Shown here piece by piece: positions 51,076 through 63,289 of a stretch of 64,000 nucleotides of DNA (its first letter is position 1; every line of letters begins with the position of its first letter). The notes below the pieces were generated by a model. That model saw nothing but the letters and a program-made list of their open reading frames with translations, made no database searches and had not been told where the DNA came from. The stretch is from NCBI RefSeq assembly GCF_001194135.2, contig NC_068981.1, positions 73,316,765-73,380,764 on the forward strand. Direction: 5' to 3'. This stretch comes from Octopus bimaculoides. Its lineage: Eukaryota. Both the position numbers and the translations under genes were made by a program.

Positions 51076-51349
51076 GCACACAAATATATTGTTATATTTC
51101 GGGTTGGTCATTTCTTTATTGCAAAATACACAGACATCACTCGTTTATTACTGTTCTTATTCTAATGAGAATGGAATAAACAGAGCAAGATTACACACAA
51201 CGACGGAATGTGTCGCTGAGGAGGTCACAGATGTGTGACGAAAGATTTCCTGACAATAGACATGAGTTAGAATAAGAACAGTAATAAACGAGTCAAGGAC
51301 GAAAATATAGTGCGTATATTTACTTGGCAAACAAAAAAAAAACGACCAT
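50033..51349. repeat. ~110-bp inverted duplication flanking a (TA)n/gap
   Basis: 50033-50143 is the near-exact reverse complement of ~51238-51349; a third 27-bp copy lies at 51139-51165. Confidence 0.9.
51211..51255 (+). ncRNA. Type-I hammerhead ribozyme-like motif, near canonical
   Basis: UGUCG-CUGAGGA-G-GUCACA(GAUG)UGUGAC-GAAA-GAUU-U-C-C(U)GACA: intact core, perfect 6-bp stem II, one extra nucleotide after A9 and one in stem I. Confidence 0.65.
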
Positions 51350-51426
51350 CTCATAATACAACAATATCTGTTTCAATACACGACTACTTCACATCAGAAA
51401 TTTTGCAATATAAATCCATAAACCTA

Positions 51427-51478
<52 letters not shown>

Positions 51479-51585
51479 CACATACTTATACATATACATA
51501 TATATATATATATCTATATGTGTTTGTGTGTTTGTGTGTGTGTGTGCTTGTGTGCTTGTGTGTGCGTGTGTGTGTGTGTGTGTGT

Positions 51586-51746
51586 GTAGGTGCAGGAGTG
51601 GCTGGTAAGTAGCTTCCTTACCAACCACATGGTTCCGGGTACAGTCCCACTGTGTGGCGCCTTGGGCAAATGTATTCTGCTATAGCCTTGGGCTAACCAA
51701 AGCCTTGCGAGAGGATTTGGTAGATGGAAACTGAAAGAAGCCCATC

Positions 51747-51800
<54 letters not shown>

Positions 51801-52027
51801 NNNNNNNNNNNNNNNNNNNNNNNNNNNNNNNNNNNNNNNNNNNNNNNNNNNNNNNNNNNNNNNNNNNNNNNNNNNNNNNNNNNNNNNNNNNNNNNNNNNN
51901 NNNNNNNNNNNNNNNNNNNNNNNNNNNNNNNNNNNNNNNNNNNNNNNNNNNNNNNNNNNNNNNNNNNNNNNNNNNNNNNNNNNNNNNNNNNNNNNNNNNN
52001 NNNNNNNNNNNNNNNNNNNNNNNNNNN

Positions 52028-52063
<36 letters not shown>

Positions 52064-52235
52064 TATATCTTCATTTGTCCCCCATCATCGCTTGACAACC
52101 CATGTTGGTGTGTTTACATCCCCATAACTTAGCGTTTCGTAAAAAGAGTCCGATAGAATAAGTACTAGGCTTACAAAGAAAATGTTTAAGGGCCACTTTG
52201 TTCGACTGAAGACTGAAGCAAATAAAAGAATAGAA

Positions 52236-52240
<5 letters not shown>
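51586..52240 (+). mobile_element. SINE family A, near full length, spanning a gap
   Basis: Head GTAGGTGCAGGAGTGGC...GGTTCCGGGTACAGTCCC; 3' half GATAGAATAAGTACTAGGCTTACAAAGAA. Confidence 0.9.
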
Positions 52241-52279
<39 letters not shown>

Positions 52280-52622
52280 GTTCCTTTTTTTCTGGTTGTT
52301 TTTGTTTATTTACTTTTCATTCTACATTAATAGAGTTCATCAGTCTACCACGTTTCCGTTTCCTTTTTTCTTTCTTTATTTTTTTGCGACGGACAATTCA
52401 CTGTGCACAACTTATTTATGTTTTGTTCTTTTCATGAGTTTGCATCTTGTCCACCATTCTTTGAATTTTTGTCTACCAGTTGGAACGTCTCACGTTGTCC
52501 GACTATCCATCTATTATTCTTTTCCTTCCGTTTGTGTTGTTACTCATACATACATACATACATACAGGCATGCATACACATATACACACATATACACACA
52601 GACATACGCATATATATATAAA

Positions 52623-52787
52623 TACGACGAGCTTCTTTCGGTTTCCGTGTACCAAGTCCACTTATGAGGATTTGATCAACCCGAGGGTACAGTAGAAGAC
52701 ACTTGCCCAAGGTGCCACGCAGTAGAACTAAACCCAGAGCTATGTGGTTGGGAAGTAAGCTTCTTACCACACAGCCACGCCTGCGCC

Positions 52788-52789
<2 letters not shown>
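52623..52789 (-). mobile_element. SINE family A 5' half
   Basis: AGTAGAAGACACTTGCCCAAGGTGCCACGCAGT...CACACAGCCACGCCTGCGCCTA. Confidence 0.9.
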
Positions 52790-52819
<30 letters not shown>

Positions 52820-52863
52820 TGTATGTATGTGTGTGTATGTATGTATGTATGTATGTATGTGTG

Positions 52864-52895
<32 letters not shown>

Positions 52896-53681
52896 TGTGT
52901 AACAGGCAGGAATGAGTTGGAATGATTTGCAGTTGATTATGTTTCAAAACTGTGTGTGGTAGCTATTCTGCAAACATCATAATGTCCTTTTCCGCCATGA
53001 TGTCTGAAGCAAACGTAAATTTCCTTTCTGAATAGCTCTTTTTTCTCTAAAACGAAAATTTGTTTCAAACAATCGAATCATTGACAATTTTCATTTTATA
53101 ATGTTGGTGCTTCTCGCCTTTCAGAATAAATATATTTGAAAAAATCAACAAAATTCTTAATAACGTCTCGCATTTTTCATGGCTACATTACATAACTGTT
53201 TGGATTTCATTAAATGAAAAAGTATTAAGTTTGTCCCTGATACAAATTATTACTATCATATTTCTGTAAATCGCTCCTTTTCGTTTTGCTCAATTTCTCT
53301 CTATTATTTTGTTTAATTCTCCTATATTTGCACATCCCACAAATAAACAAAAATAGCAAAGCCTACTTAAGAACAAATAAGCGTCATTTAATTTCTTTCT
53401 TTTAATTTCCTTTTCCTTGTGGACTCTATTTAGTTTTGCTTTAATTTCAAGGTTGCTTCCTTTATTTACAACCACATTCTAAGTTCAATTTCTTCAGGAG
53501 CAAGTTGATTCGTCATTTATATCAACTGATGTCATTAAATAATAAATAAATAAATAAATAAATATACACATATGTGTGTGTTCATGAAAACATCTATTCT
53601 TCTACCTCTCTCGCTTTCTCTCTTTCTCCCTCTTTCTCTCTCTTTCCCTCTCTCTATATATGGATAGATATACATATTGAT

Positions 53682-54119
53682 ATATATTAAGGGAAATGGA
53701 AAACAAAACCAAGGTAAAATGAGTATATCAGGTCATTTAGAATATTTAATTAGAGTAAGGTGAATCAAAAATGGAGAAGTAGAAGTAATTAAAGTCTTAC
53801 AGTTGTTTCTGGGATATCCCAGGTGATGGATCAACATCTCCATACACTGGGTATTGCGTCATCAGAAACAGTGTGTATGGAGGAAAGTTACTGTGAATTC
53901 TCTTTCTGGGACTTACCTGCATTCACACCTTGTCTCAGATGACGGAATACCAAGTGTATGGAAATGTCGACCTATCACCTGGGATATCCCAGAAACAGCT
54001 GTAAGACTTTAATTACGTCTACTTCTCCATTTTTGATTCACTTTACTCTAATTAAATGTTCTAAATGACCCGAGATACATGTCCTGCCTTGGTTTTATTT
54101 TCCTTTTCTTTTAATATGT
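53682..54119. mobile_element. Foldback (~185-bp arms, ~68-bp spacer) with HHR-like motifs on both strands; probably a Penelope-terminus derivative
   Basis: Arms are reverse-complementary (e.g. GAATCAAAAATGGAGAAGTAG / CTACTTCTCCATTTTTGATTC); CTGATGA..GAAACAACTGTA on minus, CAGATGA..GAAACAGCTGTA on plus. Confidence 0.85.
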
Positions 54120-54254
54120 ACCTGCTGACTCGGGAACCTACTACGGCCCCCTAGCTCCAGCCTCAACTGTGAGCTTGGAAGCTAACGGATGACCAATTAG
54201 CATTTACGTTGGGTACATATTGGTTTAAATAATCAGTGAACTAAACTCTCATAT

Positions 54255-54293
<39 letters not shown>

Positions 54294-54811
54294 TGAATCT
54301 ATATCTAAACCGTCTATATANNNNNNNNNNNNNNNNNNNNNNNNNNNNNNNNNNNNNNNNNNNNNNNNNNNNNNNNNNNNNNNNNNNNNNNNNNNNNNNN
54401 NNNNNNNNNNNNNNNNNNNNNNNNNNNNNNNNNNNNNNNNNNNNNNNNNNNNNNNNNNNNNNNNNNNNNNNNNNNNNNNNNNNNNNNNNNNNNNNNNNNN
54501 NNNNNNNNNNNNNNNNNNNNNNNNNNNNNNNNNNNNNNNNNNNNNNNNNNNNNNNNNNNNNNNNNNNNNNNNNNNNNNNNNNNNNNNNNNNNNNNNNNNN
54601 NNNNNNNNNNNNNNNNNNNNNNNNNNNNNNNNNNNNNNNNNNNNNNNNNNNNNNNNNNNNNNNNNNNNNNNNNNNNNNNNNNNNNNNNNNNNNNNNNNNN
54701 NNNNNNNNNNNNNNNNNNNNNNNNNNNNNNNNNNNNNNNNNNNNNNNNNNNNNNNNNNNNNNNNNNNNNNNNNNNNNNNNNNNNNNNNNNNNNNNNNNNN
54801 NNNNNNNNNNN

Positions 54812-54869
<58 letters not shown>

Positions 54870-55065
54870 TGTATGTATGTATTCGGTATGTTGGACCGCT
54901 GAAATCTACAAGTTTTTTTTCATTCTCTGCTTAGTTTCTCATATACCTTTCTGGTGAAGAGCATTGGCTCGAAACATGAAAGTCTGTTTCTTTTTCCCGA
55001 GCGTCAAACTAATACACTTGCTTGTTGTTCATACACCTGTCATCGTTTTTTGCTTGTGTACAAAT
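54870..55065 (+). mobile_element. Short HHR-family repeat, decayed core
   Basis: CTTT-CTGGTGA-A-GAGC-ATTG-GCTC-GAAA-CAT-G-AAAG at 54947-54982; downstream segment homologous to the 27.4 kb copy. Confidence 0.75.
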
Positions 55066-55068
55066 TTC

Positions 55069-55146
<78 letters not shown>

Positions 55147-55164
55147 ATATATATATATATATAT

Positions 55165-55352
55165 TATTTCAATCAGTTGACAGCTTTCATACTGGGGCAC
55201 CGAATTGAAGAATATATCAACCCTAGAACTTAATTTTTACAAGCCTAGTACTCATTCTGTCGGTCTCTTGCCGAACCGGTAGGTTACGGAAACATAAACA
55301 CACCAACACCTGTTGTCAAGCGTTGGTGGGGGACAAACACAGACACACCCAC

Positions 55353-55394
<42 letters not shown>

Positions 55395-55540
55395 GACGGG
55401 CTTCTTTCAATTTCCGCCTACAAAATCCATTCACGAGGCCTTGGTTGGCCCGAGGCTAAAGTAGAAGACACTTGCCCAAGGTGCCACTGAACTAGGGCCC
55501 ATGTGATTGGAAAATAAGTTTCTTAGCACACTGTCACGCT
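55165..55540 (-). mobile_element. SINE family A
   Basis: CACGACGGGCTTCTTTCAATTTCC...AGTAGAAGACACTTGCCCAAGGTGCCAC. Confidence 0.9.
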
Positions 55541-55774
55541 TGCACCTATGCATACATCCCCCACCATACACACACGTATGTATATGTATGTATGTATGTA
55601 TGTATGTATAGGTAGGTAGGTAGGTAGGTAGGTAGGTAGGGTAAAATCTCGGTTGCTTCCTCTCGAAGCACATCTGATTATTCCATTATTACAATCAAAT
55701 ATGTAGTGGGTGTCGGTGTTGTATAGAAGCAAGGTATATATTAGAGTTGAAAATCCTGGTATATGTATGTGCGC

Positions 55775-55823
<49 letters not shown>

Positions 55824-56559
55824 AATCTTTATTCAGTAAATACATATATGTATATATATATATANNNNNNNNNNNNNNNNNNNNNNNNNNNNNNNNNNNN
55901 NNNNNNNNNNNNNNNNNNNNNNNNNNNNNNNNNNNNNNNNNNNNNNNNNNNNNNNNNNNNNNNNNNNNNNNNNNNNNNNNNNNNNNNNNNNNNNNNNNNN
56001 NNNNNNNNNNNNNNNNNNNNNNNNNNNNNNNNNNNNNNNNNNNNNNNNNNNNNNNNNNNNNNNNNNNNNNNNNNNNNNNNNNNNNNNNNNNNNNNNNNNN
56101 NNNNNNNNNNNNNNNNNNNNNNNNNNNNNNNNNNNNNNNNNNNNNNNNNNNNNNNNNNNNNNNNNNNNNNNNNNNNNNNNNNNNNNNNNNNNNNNNNNNN
56201 NNNNNNNNNNNNNNNNNNNNNNNNNNNNNNNNNNNNNNNNNNNNNNNNNNNNNNNNNNNNNNNNNNNNNNNNNNNNNNNNNNNNNNNNNNNNNNNNNNNN
56301 NNNNNNNNNNNNNNNNNNNNNNNNNNNNNNNNNNNNNNNNNNNNNNNNNNNNNNNNNNNNNNNNNNNNNNNNNNNNNNNNNNNNNNNNNNNNNNNNNNNN
56401 NNNNNNNNNNNNNNNNNNNNNNNNNNNNNNNNNNNNNNNNNNNNNNNNNNNNNNNNNNNNNNNNNNNNNNNNNNNNNNNNNNNNNNNNNNNNNNNNNNNN
56501 NNNNNNNNNNNNNNNNNNNNNNNNNNNNNNNNNNNNNNNNNNNNNNNNNNNNNNNNNNN

Positions 56560-56600
<41 letters not shown>

Positions 56601-57029
56601 AGGCGTGGCCGTGTGGTAAGAAGCTTGCACACTTATACACATACACTCATACACACACACATACCTTCTCACATATATATACCTAACGCCCAAACACCCA
56701 CACTCTCACAAACATATACACTCATTTACAAAATGTGTTGTTGTTGTTGTTGTGGTGGTGGTGGTGGTGGTAGTGGTATAAAATGTCCTTTACTATAGAA
56801 AGATTATTTTCGAGTAACTGTTATATTGTTTTAATCCAAATGAAAATAAAAATTACATGTTGACACTTGCGGGATGTAATACCTGGTAAAATTTGATTTG
56901 ATTTGGTGGAGCCATTTGAGAATGCATAGGAAACTGACAGACAGACAAAGAATTTTATAGAGAGAGAGAGAGAGATGAGACAACTGATCTGTTTAATACT
57001 TGTCAGATGGCAATATTTATATGTGGAAT

Positions 57030-58132
57030 AACTGCAAAAACTCAACATTCGGGAAACATTTCTTGTCTTGAAATTAATGCATGGAACAACTAGAGGTGAA
57101 GATTTATTGCAAATCGTCGACTCAGCCTTAAAGGATTTTGATTTACCGTATGAAAAAAATGAGTGGTCTAGCAACAGATGGTGCTCCATCTATGGTAGGT
57201 TGTGAAAAGGGTTCGTAGCTCTGATTAAGAATAAATTGAAGAAGCGTCTTTTGGATCCGAAAACTTTCATTATGTGTCACTGCTTTATTCGTATGAAAAG
57301 TTTATGTGCAAAATCTCTCAAGATGGGCAATGTAATGAAGTTGTAACTAAGGCCGTTAATTTAATAAAAAACAAACAAACAAAGAGTTGAATGATAGGGA
57401 ACTTAAAGAATTTTTGAAAGATCTTGAAGCATAATATGGTGGGGGGGGGCGCGGTTATTGTACCGTTGTGAAGTTAGGTGACTAAGGCCCAGATGCTTAA
57501 GCGATTTTATGAACTGAAGGAAGAAGTGAAAATCTTTATGGATATTAAAGGCGTTCCTATTGTAGACTGGAAGATAAAAGGTTTCAAAGTGATTTAACAT
57601 TTTTAGTAGATATAACTAGCCATTCAAATAATTTGAACTTGAAACTACAAGTCTCCAGTATCAGCTAATAACCAGTTTGCTTCCTCATATCAAAAGCTTT
57701 GAATCGATGCTTCATTTATTTGTCACGCAATTGAAAAGAAAGTGTTTCACACATTTTCCCAAATTGAGGGAACAAAATCACGAATCAACAAAGGAATACT
57801 CTACCGAGTGTGAAAGTCTTTTGAAGAAATTTGAAAGTTGATTTGAAAAAATACAAGATAACAAAATCGATCTACGAGTTTTTGAAACACCTTTTGATAT
57901 GTGTCCTGAGAAGACTCCGGATTCCTTACAATTAGAATTAATTGAGTTGCAGTCAGATAACTTAATAAAATCGAAATATAATAATCTGTCTTTATAGAAC
58001 TTCTACAAATTCATCAATCCAGAGAAATTCCCTGCTTTACATAAAAATGCCTTGAAATTCGCATCTCAATTTTCGACGACTTATCAATGTGAGCAGTTTT
58101 TTTTTACCAAACTGAATTATGCAACAAATCGT
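57030..58132 (+). mobile_element. hAT (Charlie/SPIN-type) transposase remnant
   Basis: LMHGTTRGEDL..LATDGAPSMVG..HCFIR..SLCAKSL...FPALHKNALKFASQFSTTYQCEQFF; multiple frameshifts; truncated by gap. Confidence 0.92.
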
Positions 58133-59134
58133 ATATATATATATATATATNNNNNNNNNNNNNNNNNNNNNNNNNNNNNNNNNNNNNNNNNNNNNNNNNN
58201 NNNNNNNNNNNNNNNNNNNNNNNNNNNNNNNNNNNNNNNNNNNNNNNNNNNNNNNNNNNNNNNNNNNNNNNNNNNNNNNNNNNNNNNNNNNNNNNNNNNN
58301 NNNNNNNNNNNNNNNNNNNNNNNNNNNNNNNNNNNNNNNNNNNNNNNNNNNNNNNNNNNNNNNNNNNNNNNNNNNNNNNNNNNNNNNNNNNNNNNNNNNN
58401 NNNNNNNNNNNNNNNNNNNNNNNNNNNNNNNNNNNNNNNNNNNNNNNNNNNNNNNNNNNNNNNNNNNNNNNNNNNNNNNNNNNNNNNNNNNNNNNNNNNN
58501 NNNNNNNNNNNNNNNNNNNNNNNNNNNNNNNNNNNNNNNNNNNNNNNNNNNNNNNNNNNNNNNNNNNNNNNNNNNNNNNNNNNNNNNNNNNNNNNNNNNN
58601 NNNNNNNNNNNNNNNNNNNNNNNNNNNNNNNNNNNNNNNNNNNNNNNNNNNNNNNNNNNNNNNNNNNNNNNNNNNNNNNNNNNNNNNNNNNNNNNNNNNN
58701 NNNNNNNNNNNNNNNNNNNNNNNNNNNNNNNNNNNNNNNNNNNNNNNNNNNNNNNNNNNNNNNNNNNNNNNNTTACCTTATCGGCAGCAAATTTCTGAAA
58801 GAAATTCGGCATTTTTTTGTATTTGCTGCCGATTAGGTAAACTGCACATGCGCAGTAAATTTTGAAAAATTAAGCATAAGTCATGTTTTCTATGTAGTGC
58901 TTCGTGTTTATATGTTATATCTAGGTTATTCCGCTGAAGATAGCTTACCTTGCAAAATATTTTATTTTGCTAAAATAGCTTGAAACCATGGTACGGAAAA
59001 TAGATTGGTAAATGTTTTTATTTTTCATTCCCTTTCGAAATTATCCCTAATTTTGTGTTATAGAGCTTTTTGCTGCTCTTTCTAGCGGGTTAGATGTCCT
59101 ATTAAAGGCATCTCTGTATTTTAAATATATATAT

Positions 59135-59445
59135 GCTTACTATAGCCGCAGGCTGACCAAAATCTTGTGAGTGGATTTCGTACTAGGAAACTGAAAGAAG
59201 ACTGTCGTATATATGTGTATATTTGTGTTTGTGTGTGCCTGTGTCTTGTGTTTGTACCCAACCATTCCTTGACAACTGATGTTGCTATGTTTACGTTCCT
59301 GTAACTTAAAGGTTTGGTAAAAGACACTGACCGAATGAGTACTAGGCTTACAAAGAATAAATCCTGTGGTTGATTTCTTCGACCAACGACGGTAATCCAC
59401 CATGGTGCAGTCACATAACTGAAACAAGTAAAGCAATAAAAATCT
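59135..59445 (+). mobile_element. SINE family A
   Basis: CTACTATAGCCGCAGGCTGACCAAAATCTTGTGAGTGGATTT...AAGAATAAATCCTGTGG. Confidence 0.85.
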
Positions 59446-59460
59446 ATGCCATTTTAATCC

Positions 59461-59487
59461 TGAGCAAGGCCGGGTATCTCTGTTAGT
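59461..59487 (+). mobile_element. Possible Helitron-type 3' terminus
   Basis: GAGCAAGGCCGGGTATCTCTGTTAGT resembles the GCAACGCCGGG...CTAG/T ends of non-autonomous Helitrons; CTAG is mutated to TTAG. Confidence 0.3.
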
Positions 59488-62400
59488 CGATAAATAAAGG
59501 AGCACTTTTCACCTCCTCCACTCGTCATAATATGGATCTGGACGTTCCACTACTTCAAGGATAGGATGTTCGAGGGGTTGTCTATGGTTACATGTGCACC
59601 TAAAATAATTTGCGAAAGCATGGTATATTGCTACCAAGTTCTCGATAACGAATGATGACTGTAGTTAACACACATAGTCATACATTCTCATTACAAAACT
59701 AAATCTGTGTATACAATAGGAAGACGTCCCGATGTATTAACAAAATATCGTATTGTTTTTGTTGGTCCATTCAAGTCTTTTTATGACTGAGAGTACGAGA
59801 ACCTTTTTTTAAAACGAGAATAGAAGCATATCTTTTAATTAAATATAATTGCAAAAATTTAAATGAACATGAGGTTGCTTACGTCAGTTATTACGCATCT
59901 GCCAGAAACCTTATAGATTCCTTCTTTTTACGTCTCAGTTTTCCATTTCTTGTTTTCCATTATTGCCTTTTCTACTCTTGGTTCATGGTAACTGATATTT
60001 CATAGATTTTCCTGGCATCTCTAACTAGTTAACTCTGCCTTTTAACACGCCATGCTATAAACTGTGTATTCCATGGATGCAGTCTCAGACCAATGATATT
60101 AAAGTCCTCGATAAATTACTTGATAAATTACTGACTATTTATTTTTATGACCATATAACAATTTATGATCATCCGCTTTTAGAACGATACCACTGTTGGC
60201 AAATACACAGCCATATTTTCTCGAGAGAAGACTGGTGTAATAATGAAAAGGGGTGAAAGAGAGAAAAGAAGAATGTCTGTTACAAGGAAGGAAAATTGTA
60301 ATGAACGAAGTGATAAATAATAACGATAAGCAAGACAGAAACAGATGATGAATAACTTTTATTTATTGACTTTACACACAAGTATAATATCCACGTATAA
60401 CATCCTTGAAATAAAAAGATAAAAATATCAACTTTAATTATCTTTCACGTCCAAATATATCGTTTTATACAAACTCTAGTTACTCTTGTTCTTTCTTTTT
60501 ATTTATCTCGTAAATCTGACTAAGCACAAGGCCTTTAATTTATCAGGAACTGAATATGAGTTGCAACCTTTGAATTCAGAATTTTGAATTTTCGCTCGTC
60601 GCATTAAACATTTATTTTCAAATTTAGTTATTAACGGTGAGTCAGAGTAGATAATTCGAATTCATGTAATATTGGCATACATGGGCTTTTAATTTCGTCA
60701 CTAATATTGAGTTGTATTTCTAGTAACGATACTTTACTTAAGGAAACAATCAACATAACTGTAAGTAAATATGATTGGGAGTTTCTGTTAATTATATAGT
60801 TGGGAGTGCATTTTACTAGATTTTAGTGTCGCGTTTCGACAGATTTCAACGACATGCGCAAAAGTTTTCGTTCCTGAAATTTATGATAGACAAACATGCA
60901 AAAGAGAGAGGTGTCTATTGGTAATTTGATGCTTTTTAGTTCTACATCATATAGAAGTCTGATAAAAAGCGAGACTGTGGGCCTTTGACCTTAAGCTTTT
61001 GATTCAACAAATAATTTGATAATATGCCCTGAATTTGAATCTTGCGATTGATAAAGTTTGGACCTCCTACATTAAGAGAACTAATGAATCTATTAACAGT
61101 GTATAAATTTAGATCATTCAAATATATATTTGATACACAGGGGTCGTAGATCAGTATTAGTCATTATAATCTCTGTTAACAGTGCTACTTTAACAGAAAC
61201 GACCACTTAAAACAAGAATAAGCATAAAAGGAATAGCCACGTCAACAACAACAGCTATACTATCAATCATATGGCATATATTCTTATATCATCAAGCAGG
61301 TGATATGTGAACAACAACGTTTAATTACATGTGAATAATTATCATTTCATTTGACTTTCACTTTGTATTTGATGAGGCATTCAAACTGATTTGCATGTTA
61401 CTAGATAAGGAAATCATTAGAAAAGTCTGCATCGAGGAAGTAGGAAAATCATTATACAAAGCGTTATAAGATTTCTACAACTGTCGTCCAGTTATATGTC
61501 GAATGTTTGAGCGTGCAACTGAAGCATTTATGTATTCTTAACGAATGCATAAAATATAATTAGATATTTTACAGCAGATGGTAATGCTCATTATTGATTT
61601 CTATTGACTATACACAACGCTTTAGCTTTATAGCGGAATTTCATTTCCACTTACGTCGTAAATTCCCTTTCTCGTGGGCATTAACAATGTAAGTGAAGTA
61701 AAATGGATACAACCGAGAATAGAAATATTATTGTAGATTCAATTCGCCAAGAGCTCCTTCAGTCGTCGCCTCCTAAGTAGAAAATAAATGTATTGATTCA
61801 TTATTCAACAACATTCGGGAATTGTTTAATTACATCAATCTTGTTTTCTAACCCTGTACTTTACCTCCTACTTGTATTTCATAGAGATTTTTTATCCATC
61901 ACTATTTCTCCCTCTGCTTCCTGTATTTTCCAAATTAGCTTTTTGAAATGAGCTTCATTTAATATGCTAACAATAATTTAAATTTTGAGTGGAGGATATC
62001 TTGAACATTTGCATCTTAGTCGCACAAATCATTCTGAATTGGTTTTGATATCCCAGTGAATACAAAGAAATAGGTTTTGCTCGTGTTGGAGGCTTTTTCT
62101 TTTACAGAACAATGTATTCTTTCACATTATATTGCATGCAGGGATTGCAACACAGTCTTTTGCATATTGGTATAATTATCATGTTTTTCTATGGCCGTTT
62201 ATAGTTCTCTGCTGATTGTAATTTCTTGTACACTGTACTCATATATAGAGCTAGCATAAATGAAATAGATTTGTCAGGAATTACATAGACTACATATTTT
62301 AACAGATCGTTCGATTCAAATGTACAGATTTTTTTTTCTGTTCAGCGTGCCATTAATGCTAACAACGTCCAACACAGCAGGTCTGAAGATATATTATTGG

Positions 62401-62627
62401 GAAAAATAGTTCTGAACATCTGTCAGCTACAGTTGATAATAATCACTGACCTCAGCTCTTTTTACATAAGTTGGTGGCCGAGTGGCAGCGTAATAAATAG
62501 TTATTTAATTGTCTCAGCATGGCCACAACATCCTTGCTGAAACCAGTAAAAGTATACGGAATATTATTTACTTTTTATGAATAATTCTGTCCTGTTATAT
62601 TACTAACAAAACAAATAACAACTTTAG

Positions 62628-62672
<45 letters not shown>

Positions 62673-62673
62673 G

Positions 62674-62733
<60 letters not shown>

Positions 62734-63289
62734 TACATACATACATGTATATGTGTGTGTGTGACGTCCTTGATCGATCAGATTTAGAATAAAAATGTCA
62801 GTCACGTGTGACAAACTATCTTTTTTATTTTACAGATAGTATTTTACAGATACAGTGTATCTAGGATCACATTACCAATGTACCCTTTTTTTAAGACAAT
62901 AGATTGTGATATGACAGAGATGGTATACGATGACAAAAGGTTGAAAAGAATGATCTGTAATAGAACACACCTAGACAAAGTATAACAGCAAGCTAAAAGT
63001 CTAGCTGAGCATAATCAAGTTTCTATTGAATTTCAGTCAATAAATGGATGGATCAATAAATATACCACTTCTACAAATGATGAGCAAGGAATTGATGGAA
63101 AGTATTTTGAGTACGATATAAAGTGAAATTTAAACTAAAAAAAAACATTGAGCAATAACTGATTCAAGAATCACTTTTTAGTCTCCCATAGACAATGAGA
63201 ATTTAATTGTGACTTTGAACCAAGGGAATCAATAGTTTTATACAAGAGTACTTCAAAATTATAAGAAAAAGAATTAATGACTCGAATTA

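Larger units (their letters stand above)
9314..58772. other. 14 assembly gaps (N runs, ~8 kb total)
   Basis: 9314-9521, 15548-16360, 18945-19105, 26072-26988, 28814-29200, 30109-30659, 31828-32518, 33174-33913, 40993-41641, 50212-51035, 51801-52027, 54321-54811, 55865-56559, 58151-58772; most abut (TA)n. Confidence 0.99.

Noticed and set aside
52300-52345. Minus-strand CTGATGA...GAAA motif
   Set aside because: Stem II has a mismatch, stem III is broken and there is no stem I.
62830-63280. Penelope GIY-YIG endonuclease remnant
   Set aside because: Only vague motif hints; I could not read a convincing alignment.
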